In this document: piece after piece, positions 7,372 through 15,736 of the stretch
How the letters are laid out: each line of letters begins with the position of its first letter
How positions within the stretch are numbered: the stretch's first letter is position 1
DNA from: Delftia acidovorans NBRC 14950
Lineage (GTDB): Bacteria > Pseudomonadota > Gammaproteobacteria > Burkholderiales > Burkholderiaceae_C
NCBI RefSeq assembly: GCF_001598795.1
Contig: NZ_BCZP01000017.1
Span: forward strand, 60,001-92,000
DNA length: 32,000 nt
Reading direction: 5' to 3'
Notes under the pieces: model-generated
Database searches by the model: none
Seen by the model: only the letters and a program-made list of their open reading frames with translations
Told to the model about the DNA's origin: nothing
Made by a program: the position numbers and the translations under genes

Positions 7372-8331
7372 ATGACACCTGCATACGTCTCCCGCCAGCG
7401 CCCCTTCATGACCGTGGATGTGTTCACGGCACGGCCCTACCTGGGCAATCCGCTGGCCGTCGTGCTCGACGCCACCGGGTTGACCGATGCGCAGATGCAG
7501 TCCTTCGCGGCCTGGACCAATCTGTCCGAGACCACCTTCGTGCTGCCTCCCACCGAGGCCGGTCGCGCCGCAGGCGCCGACTACCGCGTGCGCATCTTCA
7601 CGCCGGGCGGCGAGCTGCCCTTTGCCGGCCATCCCACGCTGGGCAGCTGCCATGCCTGGCTGGCGCAGGGCGGCGTGCCACAGCAGGCCCAGCGCATCGT
7701 GCAGGAATGCGCCAAGGGGCTGATCGGCATCGAGCGCCAGGACGGGCGCCTGGCCTTTCAGGCACCGTCCACCGACATCAGCGACGTGGAGCCTGGCCTG
7801 CTGGAGGACGTGGCGGCCGCGCTGGGCGCAGAACGCGGCCAGATCCTGCGTGCGGCCTGGCTGGACAACGGCCCGCGCTGGATGGGCGTGCTCTTCGAAC
7901 ACCCCGACCAGGTGCTGTCGCTGGAGCCCGACCATGCAAGGCTCAAGGCGCTGAACACCAAGGTGGGCGCCTGCGCGTTGTACGAAAGCGCGCAAGATGC
8001 ACCGGCACTGATCGGCCGCAGCAGCCGCGAGGCCCGCGCCTTTGCCACAGGACAGCGGCCAGCCGCAGCCGAGGCGGATGCCGCCCCCAGCCTGGAAGTG
8101 CGCGGCTTCGCCAGCCCCGTCGGCGTCACTGAAGACCCCGTCACCGGCAGCCTCAACGCCAGTCTGGCCCTGTGGCTGCGCGGCGAAGGCCTGCTGCGCG
8201 CGCCCTACATCGCCAGCCAGGGCTGCTGCGTGGGGCGCGACGGCCGCGTCCACGTCAGCGAGGACGCGCAGGGCGCGCTGTGGATAGGCGGCCATGTCGT
8301 GGAATGCGTGAGCGGCCAGGTACTGCTGTAG
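7372..8331 (+). CDS. PhzF-family isomerase-like protein
   Basis: '[23 protein letters not shown]', '[10 protein letters not shown]' and '[19 protein letters not shown]' are PhzF-family hallmarks. An alternative start is ATG 7408. Confidence 0.88.
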   Translation: MTPAYVSRQRPFMTVDVFTARPYLGNPLAVVLDATGLTDAQMQSFAAWTNLSETTFVLPPTEAGRAAGADYRVRIFTPGGELPFAGHPTLGSCHAWLAQGGVPQQAQRIVQECAKGLIGIERQDGRLAFQAPSTDISDVEPGLLEDVAAALGAERGQILRAAWLDNGPRWMGVLFEHPDQVLSLEPDHARLKALNTKVGACALYESAQDAPALIGRSSREARAFATGQRPAAAEADAAPSLEVRGFASPVGVTEDPVTGSLNASLALWLRGEGLLRAPYIASQGCCVGRDGRVHVSEDAQGALWIGGHVVECVSGQVLL

Positions 8332-8418
8332 GGCCCGGCACGGCAGGCCTGTCGCCAAGGCGGCAGCCAGTCGCCCGCAGGACAAACGCCAGCGCCAGCG
8401 CTGGCCACAATCCGCGCC

Positions 8419-9102
8419 ATGGGAACCCTCTATCTTGTGCGCCATGGCCAGGCCTCGTTTGGTGCCGAAGACTACGACCAGCTCAGCGAGCGCGGCACGG
8501 CGCAGTCGCAAAGGCTGGGTGCCTACTGGCGCGAACGCGGCCTGCGCTTCGACGCGGTCTACACGGGCACGCTGCGCCGCCATGCGCAGACGCTGGCCGG
8601 CATCGCCGACGGTCTGGGCAGCCTGCCTGCCGAGCAGCACCGCACCCAGGCGCTTGCAGGCCTCGATGAATACGACAGCGGCGCGCTGCTGCAGGCCATT
8701 CATCCGGCGCCCCTGCCCAAGCCCGACACACCCGAGCTGTACCGCCACCACTTCCGCCTGCTGTGCGATGCCCTGGCCCAGTGGATGGCCGGCACCATCA
8801 GCCCCAAAGGCATGCCCAGCTGGGATGATTTCTCGGGCGGCGTGCGCCAGGTGCTGGAGCGCGTGCGCCACGAGCATGCCGACGAAAACGTGCTGCTGGT
8901 CAGCAGTGGCGGCCCCATCTCCACGGCCGTGGGCCATGTGCTGGGCACCTCGCCCGAGGTCACCATTGCGCTGAACATGCGCATCCGCAACAGCGCCGTG
9001 ACCGAGTTCACCACCAGCCCCAAGCGCCTGATGCTGCAGACCTTCAACACGCTCAACCACCTGGACACGGACGAGCACCGCAGCTGGATCACGCACGCCT
9101 GA
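8419..9102 (+). CDS. Histidine phosphatase family protein (phosphoglycerate-mutase-like)
   Basis: 227 aa. The N-terminal catalytic RHG motif is 'LYLVRHGQASFG', followed by 'LSERGTAQSQRLG'. Confidence 0.88.
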   Translation: MGTLYLVRHGQASFGAEDYDQLSERGTAQSQRLGAYWRERGLRFDAVYTGTLRRHAQTLAGIADGLGSLPAEQHRTQALAGLDEYDSGALLQAIHPAPLPKPDTPELYRHHFRLLCDALAQWMAGTISPKGMPSWDDFSGGVRQVLERVRHEHADENVLLVSSGGPISTAVGHVLGTSPEVTIALNMRIRNSAVTEFTTSPKRLMLQTFNTLNHLDTDEHRSWITHA

Positions 9103-9221
9103 TACGGCACCGGCAAGGCTGTCACACAGCTATCGCGCCAAGGCATAGCAGCCAGAACACGGGCGCTCTGGGCCGGCCTGCGCTTTTGCGCCAAACTCGC
9201 CGGCCAGGAGACAAAAGACCC

Positions 9222-10196
9222 ATGAACAAACGCCATTTCACGCGCAGCGCCCTGGCCTGCGCGGCCCTGCTGCTGGCCGCCATCACCAGCCAGGCCCAGC
9301 CCCTGTCGAACAAGCCCATCCGCATCGTCGTGCCCTTCGGCGCAGGCGGCGTGGCCGACGTCACCTCGCGCGTCGTCGCGCAAAAACTGGCCTCGCAACT
9401 GGGCCAGCCCGTCATCATCGACAACAAGCCCAGCGCAGGCGGTATCGTCGCGGCCGACACCGTGGCCAAGTCCGCGCCCGACGGGCACACGCTGTTCCTC
9501 ATGTCCAACGGCAGTGCCGTCACCGTGGGGCTGTTCAACCAGCTGCCCTTCGACATGGTCAAGGACTTCACGCCGATATCCACTCTGGGCTACTTCGACA
9601 TCGGCGTGCTCACCGCCAGCGACTCGCGCTTCAAGAACCTGGGCGAGCTGGTGGCCTGGGCCAAGGCCAACCCCGGCAAGCTCAACATCGGCAGCATCGC
9701 CATCGGCAGCACCCAGCATCTGGCAGCCGAACTGTTCAAGACCACCGCCGGCATCGACGCCCAGATCGTGCCCTTCAACGGCACCCCTGCCGTGGTCACG
9801 GCCCTGCGCGGAAAGCAGATCGACGCGGCCGTCGAAATCCTCACGCCCATCATGGGCCAGATCAACTCCAAGGCCGTCAACCTGCTGGCCATCACCGGCG
9901 ACAAGCGCTCGGCCCTGCTGCCCGGCGTGCCCACGGCCCAGGAGTCAGGCGTCAAGGGCTTCGTCGCCTCCTCCTGGAACGCCCTGGCCGCCCCCGCCAA
10001 GACGCCCCCGGAAATCATCGCCCGCCTGAACAAGGAAATCGCCGCCGCCGTGAACTCCCCCGAAGTCACGCAGAAACTGCGCGAGATGAACGTGCAGGCC
10101 CAATCCAGCACGCCCGAGCAGACCGCGCAATTGCTGCAGTCGGAAATCAAGCGCTGGGGCGACGTGATCGTCCAGGCCAAGATCCCGAAACAGTAA
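9222..10196 (+). CDS. Bug-family (TctC-like) periplasmic substrate-binding protein
   Basis: Signal peptide 'MNKRHFTRSALACAALLLAAITSQAQ', then 'PIRIVVPFGAGGVADVTSRVVAQKL'. A GGAGA RBS lies upstream of ATG 9222. No adjacent tctA/tctB. Confidence 0.9.
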   Translation: MNKRHFTRSALACAALLLAAITSQAQPLSNKPIRIVVPFGAGGVADVTSRVVAQKLASQLGQPVIIDNKPSAGGIVAADTVAKSAPDGHTLFLMSNGSAVTVGLFNQLPFDMVKDFTPISTLGYFDIGVLTASDSRFKNLGELVAWAKANPGKLNIGSIAIGSTQHLAAELFKTTAGIDAQIVPFNGTPAVVTALRGKQIDAAVEILTPIMGQINSKAVNLLAITGDKRSALLPGVPTAQESGVKGFVASSWNALAAPAKTPPEIIARLNKEIAAAVNSPEVTQKLREMNVQAQSSTPEQTAQLLQSEIKRWGDVIVQAKIPKQ

Positions 10197-10269
10197 AAAA
10201 GGCCGAGCGCAGCGAAGGCCCGCAACCACTCCCCGTATGTCAGCGCAGGTGGCCCCGCAGCGCAGCGAA

Positions 10270-10375
10270 GGGGTCGCGGACATTTGGGCGCATTTCTTTG
10301 CCTACTTTCTTGCTGCGCGGCAAGAAAGTAGGTCGGCCGCCGGGCCGAATCCCGGCCTCGAAAAACCACCACCCG
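10270..10375 (+). repeat. GC-rich intergenic repeat with a perfect 12-bp-stem hairpin
   Basis: CTACTTTCTTGC (10302-10313) pairs with GCAAGAAAGTAG (10320-10331) across a 6-nt loop. It is followed by GGCCG-aatcc-CGGCC. It shares the 'ttgctgcgc', 'cggc(c/g)gccggg' and 'ccaaaa(a)c' words with the reverse complement of 15510-15615. Confidence 0.6.
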
Positions 10376-10405
10376 GCAGGGTCCAAAAACGACCCCGCAA
10401 CAAAC

Positions 10406-11269
10406 CTACAACGGCTCCGGCGCCCGCCCCACAGTATCCGCAGGCAGCGCAACCATCTCGGACAACAACCGCACCAGCCCCCGAGCCGAAGCCTCCACCA
10501 TCAAAGCCCCCCGCTCGGCCGTAGCCCCCGCAGCATTCCCCACCGCCCCGCAAACGTTGTAGTCCTCGATGGCCCAGCCCATCTTGGCGCTTCGCCCATT
10601 GCCCAGCAAGGCATGCAGCTGCGCCCTATCCTCCGAAGTGGAATGAAAGTCCCGCGCATGCTCCATGCGCACGGTCTCCGGCGCCAGGTGCAGCATCATC
10701 GACGTCTCGACCTCGCCGCCATGGATGCCGAAGCGGTGTTCATGCGCGCTGAACTGCGCATTGGCCGCATCGTCCACCAGTCCGAACCAGCTGCTGCTGT
10801 AGACCAGCAGGCCATGGCGCATGCGCAGCTCGCGCGCCACGATGTCCATCACGCTGACCTGTCCGCCATGACCGTTGAGCAGCAGCAGCCGGCGCACGCC
10901 GGCCCGCGCCACGCAGGCGCCCAGCTCGGTCCACAGCGCGATCACCGTGGCGGGCGACAGCGTCAGCGTGCCGGCAAAGGATTGGTGCTCCACGCTGAAG
11001 CCGATGTTCTGCGGGGGAAGGAACAGCGCGGGCAGCTCGGCCGGCAGCAGCGGCAGGGCCGCATCGATCACGCCCTGCAGCAGGCGGGCGTCGACGGACA
11101 TCGGCAGGTGCGGGCCGTGCTGCTCCACGGCAGCCACGGGCAGCACCGCCACGGTGCGGGCAGCCAGGCCGCTGGCCTGGGCCTGCGCAAAGTCGCGTGC
11201 AGAGGCCTCGGCCCACCAGCGGGAAGGCCAGGCGCCGGGGGATATCTGTTCGGGCGGGGAGTCTTGCAT
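10406..11269 (-). CDS. Creatininase-family amidohydrolase
   Basis: 287 aa. Motifs: 'VAVLPVAAVEQHGPHLP', 'LLLLNGHGGQ', 'GIHGGEVETS'. It starts 41 nt downstream of the preceding Bug gene on the same strand. Confidence 0.88.
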   Translation of the reverse strand: MQDSPPEQISPGAWPSRWWAEASARDFAQAQASGLAARTVAVLPVAAVEQHGPHLPMSVDARLLQGVIDAALPLLPAELPALFLPPQNIGFSVEHQSFAGTLTLSPATVIALWTELGACVARAGVRRLLLLNGHGGQVSVMDIVARELRMRHGLLVYSSSWFGLVDDAANAQFSAHEHRFGIHGGEVETSMMLHLAPETVRMEHARDFHSTSEDRAQLHALLGNGRSAKMGWAIEDYNVCGAVGNAAGATAERGALMVEASARGLVRLLSEMVALPADTVGRAPEPL

Positions 11270-11310
11270 GGCCCGATATTAGGGCCATCCATGGGCTGCC
11301 GGAGCCCTCC

Positions 11311-12288
11311 TCACTCGGCCTTGAAGTTGGATTCCTTGACGATGCGTTTCCAGCGCTCGTTGTCCGACTCGATCAGCCGCGCGAACTCCTCGGGCGTTCC
11401 CCGGCGCGGCACATAGCTGTAGCTGCGCAGCTTGGCCAGCACGTCGGGCATCTGCATGACCTTGTCCATCTGCTGCGCGAGCTGGGCCACGATGTCGCGG
11501 GGCGTGCCCTTGGGCGCGAGCAGGCCCGACCAGGAGCTGAAGCCCATGCCGTCCACGCCGGCCTCCTTGATGGTGGGCACCTGGGGAAAGACTTCGGCGC
11601 GCTGGGGCAGCAGCACGGCCAGGGCCTTGACCTTGCCCGTGCGGATCATCTCCACCGAGGTGAAGGAGTCGAACGAGAAATCCACCTCGCCCGCCACCAC
11701 GGCCTGCATCTGCGGCGCCGTGCCCTTGTACTGGGCGTTGACGATGCCCGGCGCGCCAATCACCTTCTTGAACTGCTCGGTGATCAGCGAAATCATGCTG
11801 CTGCCCGAGGACACGCTCAACGGCTTGCCCTGTTTGGCCATGGCGACCAGCTCCTGTAGGCTGTTCACGGGCAGGTCCTTGCGTGCGATGAGGACGAAGC
11901 CCACGTCGCACAGATGGCTGATGGGCTCGAAGCTGGACAGCGCCTCGTAGCTGGTCTTGTAGAGCACGGGACTCAGGGTCTGCGCGCCGGCCGTGTTCAT
12001 CAGCAGGGTGTAGCCGTCGGGCGTGGCGCGCGCGGCCAGTTCCGTGCCGATGACGCCGTTGGCACCGCCCTTGTTGTCCACCACGAAGGACTGGCCGGTC
12101 AGCTCCCCGAGCTTTTGCATGGCCAGCCGCGCCACCACGTCGGTGGTGCCACCGGCGGGAAAGGGCACGATCACGCGCACGGACTTGTCGGGATAGGCGG
12201 CTGCCGCGCGCGCGTGCTGCGGCAGTCCCCAGGCTGCGGCCGCTGCCGCGCCAGCGGCCAGGAAGTGGCGGCGAGATGTCTCCTGCAT
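11311..12288 (-). CDS. Bug-family (TctC-like) periplasmic substrate-binding protein with a Tat-type signal
   Basis: 'MQETSRRHFLAAGAAAAAAWGLPQHARA' has a twin-arginine motif, followed by 'VRVIVPFPAGGTTDVVARL'. The RBS context is 'acaaggagaca'. Confidence 0.9.
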   Translation of the reverse strand: MQETSRRHFLAAGAAAAAAWGLPQHARAAAAYPDKSVRVIVPFPAGGTTDVVARLAMQKLGELTGQSFVVDNKGGANGVIGTELAARATPDGYTLLMNTAGAQTLSPVLYKTSYEALSSFEPISHLCDVGFVLIARKDLPVNSLQELVAMAKQGKPLSVSSGSSMISLITEQFKKVIGAPGIVNAQYKGTAPQMQAVVAGEVDFSFDSFTSVEMIRTGKVKALAVLLPQRAEVFPQVPTIKEAGVDGMGFSSWSGLLAPKGTPRDIVAQLAQQMDKVMQMPDVLAKLRSYSYVPRRGTPEEFARLIESDNERWKRIVKESNFKAE

Positions 12289-12502
12289 GGCTTGTCTCCT
12301 TGTGTTGCTCTATCCCGGATGGGTGGCTGGTCCATGATGGGCAACGGACATATCGCCTGTCCAATACCAAGCGCCTATGCAACGATATCTTTTGCCAATC
12401 GTCCTGCAGCCGGCCACAGGCGATCTCTCTGGACGGCCCGCTACCATCGCAGCCTGCAGCCGGGGGAACCAAAGACCATGCCCCTGGCTCCCACAGTCCG
12501 CC

Positions 12503-14773
12503 ATGCCGCACCAACCACCTCTTCGCCACACTGCCCCCCAGCACCTCGCCTTCTGGCTCCTCGCCTTTTTCCTTGCCGCCGCCAGCCTGCTTGCCACCCC
12601 TGCCAGCGCGCAGTTGCGCCTGAAGACCGGCAGCGGGGCGGCCGCGGCCGTGGACACGCCACGCGTGCGGGCCGAGCTCGTGGCCCAGGCACCCGAAGGC
12701 GTTCAGCCCGGCCAGACGCTGTGGCTGGGCCTGCTGATCACCCACCAGCCCGAATGGCATACCTATTGGAAGAACGCCGGTGACTCCGGCCTGGCCACCG
12801 AGTTGAACTGGCAGCTGCCTGCAGGCCTGACGGCTGGCGAGATCCAGTGGCCCGTGCCCGAGGCGCTGCGCGTGGGCCCGCTGCTCAACTACGGCTATGA
12901 AGGCCAGGTGCTGCTGCCCGTGCCCGTGCAGGTGGCCGCCGACTTCAAGCCGCCCGCGTCCGGCATGCTGGACCTGCGCCTGCATGCGAATTGGCTGGTC
13001 TGCCGCGTGGAGTGCATTCCCGAGGAAGGCGATTTCCAGCTGCAGCTGCCCGTGCAGGGCAGCACGGCAGGCCAGGGACAGGCCTTCACCCAGGCCTGGG
13101 CGCTCAAGCCCCAGGCACTGTCTGCGCCAGCCCAGGCCAAGGTGGTGCCGGCCAGCCAGCCTGCCGCACAAGGCAGGACGCCCGACGAGCGCGTGCAGCT
13201 GCGCATCGAGGGTCTGCCGGAATCCCTGCAGGGCCGCACGCTGGACTTCTATCCCGAATCTTCCGACACCTTCCACCACGCGGCAGAACTGGGCAAGGAC
13301 TGGCAGCAGCATTGGGACGGCGCGGCCTGGGTGGCCGAGCTGCCCCTGTCCGACATGCGCGGCGAGACCCCGGCAAAGCTGCCCGTGGTCCTGGCCCTGC
13401 CGCCCGCCGAGCGCGCCGCAGCGCTGGAGCAGGGCCAGCCCGTGGCCTGGCGCGCCGAGGCCCCGGTCGAGGGCCGCTGGACGGCTGCCGCCATGGCCAG
13501 CGTTTCCCCCGCACTGGCCGCTGCCCTGGCGGCCAACCAGGCCGCTGCGCCTGCTGCCAGCGCCACCAGCCTGTGGATGGCCCTGCTCGGTGGCCTGGTG
13601 GGTGGACTGATCCTGAACCTCATGCCCTGCGTCTTCCCGGTGCTGGCCATCAAGATCCTGGGCTTTGCACGCCATGGACAGGACCGCCGCGCCCAGCGCC
13701 TGGGCGGGCTGGCCTATACGGCGGGCGTGGTCCTGTCCTTCCTGGCCCTGGGTGGCCTGCTGCTGGCCCTGCGCGCGGCAGGCGAGCAGCTGGGCTGGGG
13801 CTTTCAGCTGCAGTCGCCGGCCATCGTGGCCCTGCTGGCAGCCCTGTTCACGCTGCTGGGGCTGAACCTGGCAGGCCTGTTCGAGTTCGGCTCCATGCTG
13901 CCCGGCCGCTGGGCTGCGGCCCATGCGCGTCATCCGGTGGCCGATGCGTTTCTGTCCGGCGTGCTGGCCGTGGCCATTGCCTCGCCCTGCACGGCGCCGT
14001 TCATGGGCGCCTCGCTGGGCTTTGCCATCGACATGCCGGCCCTGCAGGCGCTGACGGTGTTTGCCGCCCTGGGCCTGGGCATGGCCCTGCCCTATCTGCT
14101 GGCCAGCTTCGTTCCGGCCGTGGTGCGCTGGCTGCCGCGCCCGGGCGCCTGGATGGATACCTTCCGCCGCGCCATGGCCTTCCCCATGTTCGCCACCGTG
14201 GTCTGGCTGGTCTGGGTGCTGGGGCACCAGAGCGGCATCGACGCCGCCACCGCGCTGCTGGCCCTGCTGCTGGCCTTCAGCGCCCTGGTCTGGACGCTGA
14301 CGCTCAAGGGCCGCACCCGGGCCGTGCTGGCCACGCTGGCCGTGGTGCTGGCAGGTGCGCTGCTGGCCACCACCGCGCCCCTGATCACCACGCCTGCCCA
14401 GGCGGAGGGCACGGGCACGGCGTCCGCTGCAGGCGAGCGCTGGCAGCCCTGGTCGGCCGCCCGCGTGGCCGAGCTGCAGGCGGCGGGCAAGCCCGTGTTC
14501 GTGGACTACACGGCCGCCTGGTGCGTGACCTGCCAGGTCAACAAGCGCACCACGCTCAACCATGAGGAGGTGCTGGCCGCCTTCGACAAGCACGGCGTGA
14601 CCCTGCTGCGCGCCGACTGGACGCGGCGCGACCCGGCCATCACCGCTGCGCTGCAGCAACTGGGCCGCAGCGGCGTGCCCGTCTATGTGCTGCATGCGCC
14701 GGGCAAGCCCCCGGTGGTGCTCAGCGAGCTGCTATCGAAGAGCGAGGTACTGGGGGCGTTGGCCGCGCTTTGA
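12503..14773 (+). CDS. DsbD/ScsB-like protein-disulfide reductase (long N-terminal periplasmic domain, CcdA-type membrane core, C-terminal thioredoxin domain)
   Basis: Signal peptide 'FWLLAFFLAAASLLATPASA'. N-terminal domain Cys pair 'LVCRVECIPEEG'. Membrane Cys residues in 'NLMPCVFPVLAIK' and 'IASPCTAPFMGA'. C-terminal thioredoxin CxxC 'AAWCVTCQVNK'. The start at 12503 is the first in-frame ATG that gives a signal peptide; its RBS is weak. Confidence 0.88.
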   Translation: MPHQPPLRHTAPQHLAFWLLAFFLAAASLLATPASAQLRLKTGSGAAAAVDTPRVRAELVAQAPEGVQPGQTLWLGLLITHQPEWHTYWKNAGDSGLATELNWQLPAGLTAGEIQWPVPEALRVGPLLNYGYEGQVLLPVPVQVAADFKPPASGMLDLRLHANWLVCRVECIPEEGDFQLQLPVQGSTAGQGQAFTQAWALKPQALSAPAQAKVVPASQPAAQGRTPDERVQLRIEGLPESLQGRTLDFYPESSDTFHHAAELGKDWQQHWDGAAWVAELPLSDMRGETPAKLPVVLALPPAERAAALEQGQPVAWRAEAPVEGRWTAAAMASVSPALAAALAANQAAAPAASATSLWMALLGGLVGGLILNLMPCVFPVLAIKILGFARHGQDRRAQRLGGLAYTAGVVLSFLALGGLLLALRAAGEQLGWGFQLQSPAIVALLAALFTLLGLNLAGLFEFGSMLPGRWAAAHARHPVADAFLSGVLAVAIASPCTAPFMGASLGFAIDMPALQALTVFAALGLGMALPYLLASFVPAVVRWLPRPGAWMDTFRRAMAFPMFATVVWLVWVLGHQSGIDAATALLALLLAFSALVWTLTLKGRTRAVLATLAVVLAGALLATTAPLITTPAQAEGTGTASAAGERWQPWSAARVAELQAAGKPVFVDYTAAWCVTCQVNKRTTLNHEEVLAAFDKHGVTLLRADWTRRDPAITAALQQLGRSGVPVYVLHAPGKPPVVLSELLSKSEVLGALAAL

Positions 14774-14784
14774 CGGCACGCCCT

Positions 14785-14819
14785 CCTGGGACAAACCCCG
14801 ATTTTGGGTAGGTCCCAGG
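14785..14819 (+). terminator. Hairpin downstream of the dsbD-like gene (possible terminator)
   Basis: Perfect 8-bp stem CCTGGGAC (14785-14792) / GTCCCAGG (14812-14819) with a 19-nt loop, followed by 'cctacatttgttg'. The loop is long and the U tract is interrupted. Confidence 0.35.
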
Positions 14820-14966
14820 CCTACATTTGTTGCAGCGCACGCCGTCCTAGACTGGATGCATCCGGGGAATACCGCAATCCGAACGCTAGGCGCCGCGGCT
14901 GCCGCCCGACTCCGGAGACCCGCCCGCGCGGCAACTGCCCGCCCTGCACGACACAGGAGGTGGGCC

Positions 14967-15500
14967 ATGCATGCACTGATCACCCATTCGCACCCTTCGG
15001 GGGTGCACCATCGTTCACGCGGCAAGGGATTGCTGCTGGCGCTGGGACTTGCCAGCCTGGCCGTGGCGGGGATCGTCCTGCCCTTTGTGTGGGACCTGCT
15101 GGGCTTCGTCAACGGATTGCCCAAGATGGGATGGCTGCAGTCCATCCTGGCGGTCTCGCCGGTGTTCAGCTGGCTGATGATGTTCGCCTGGGGCCTGGCC
15201 GTTCCCGTGGCGCTGATCTATGCGCTCTACCACCCGCAGACCCATCCCTGGGGCAATGCCGCCATGGTGGCGGGCGCCATGTTCATCGCCGTCACCTGGT
15301 ACGTGCACATGCCCGCCGCATCGCAATGCACGGCGATGTATCCGCAGACCGGCATGGCCTGCTCGGTGCTGCAATGGGGCTTCAGCATGAGCCTGGGCGT
15401 GGCAACGGCGGCCTATGTGTTCCTGGTCTTCATGATTGCGCTGTCCTCGCTGGGGCTGCTGGCCGAATGCGTTGCGCGCAATGAGCCGCCCAGGCCCTGA
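14967..15500 (+). CDS. Hypothetical integral membrane protein (4-5 predicted TM helices, His-rich N-terminus)
   Basis: AGGAGG at 14955-14960 lies 6 nt before ATG 14967. The product starts 'MHALITHSHPSGVHHRSRGKG', followed by hydrophobic helices and the Cys pair 'SQCTAMYPQTGMAC'. I recognise no family. Confidence 0.7.
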   Translation: MHALITHSHPSGVHHRSRGKGLLLALGLASLAVAGIVLPFVWDLLGFVNGLPKMGWLQSILAVSPVFSWLMMFAWGLAVPVALIYALYHPQTHPWGNAAMVAGAMFIAVTWYVHMPAASQCTAMYPQTGMACSVLQWGFSMSLGVATAAYVFLVFMIALSSLGLLAECVARNEPPRP

Positions 15501-15509
15501 ATCCGCAGG

Positions 15510-15615
15510 GTTTTGGGCAAGGGTCCCGGCCGCCGATTTTTTGCCGCCGGGCCGCCCCAAGGCAAAAAGCGGCCCCCTCGGGGGGCAGCGGACCTTGCGC
15601 AGCAAAGGGAGCGTG
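15510..15615 (-). repeat. GC-rich intergenic repeat loosely related to 10270-10375, in inverted orientation
   Basis: The reverse complement carries 'ccctttgctgcgcaagg', 'ccccccgaggggg' and 'cggcggccggg...cccaaaac', which resemble words in the 10.3-kb element. The similarity is only by eye. Confidence 0.4.
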
Positions 15616-15626
15616 GGGGCTTCTTT

Positions 15627-15736
15627 TATAATGGCGGTTGGGTGTCCAGACCGCATGGGGCGGCAGGACAGGTGTTGATAGCGCAGGTCGGGCCGCCTGC
15701 GCACCGGGGCCGCAAGGCCCCTTTGCTGCTTTGCAC
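15627..15736 (+). promoter_or_regulatory. Putative nhaA promoter -10 box plus structured 5' leader
   Basis: A perfect TATAAT at 15627-15632 sits in an AT island ('cttcttttataatgg'); I find no good -35. Downstream hairpins: 15643-15670; GCGCAGG/CCTGCGC at 15681-15702; GGGGCC-GCAA-GGCCCC at 15706-15721. These are followed by 'tttgctgctttgcac' and ATG 15737, with no SD. Confidence 0.4.

Noticed and set aside
11279-14695. A very long minus-strand ORF (1138 aa), and similar long antisense ORFs at 5042-6976(-), 7072-9096(-), 15626-17155(-), 18880-20892(-), 21661-24564(-), 3135-4487(-), 26862-28676(+), 28553-29980(+) and 29770-30936(+).
   Set aside because: Each lies antisense to, or out of frame with, a gene carrying clear family motifs. 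Their products are Arg/Ala/Gly/Pro-rich low-complexity strings with no recognisable domains. Long stop-free antisense frames are expected at this GC content.
14846-14900. A possible riboswitch (guanidine/ykkC-like 'CUAG...GG' start, GGATGCATCC palindrome) upstream of the unknown membrane protein gene.
   Set aside because: I could not match the conserved ykkC, mini-ykkC or ykkC-III core sequences from memory. Only short generic pairings are present.
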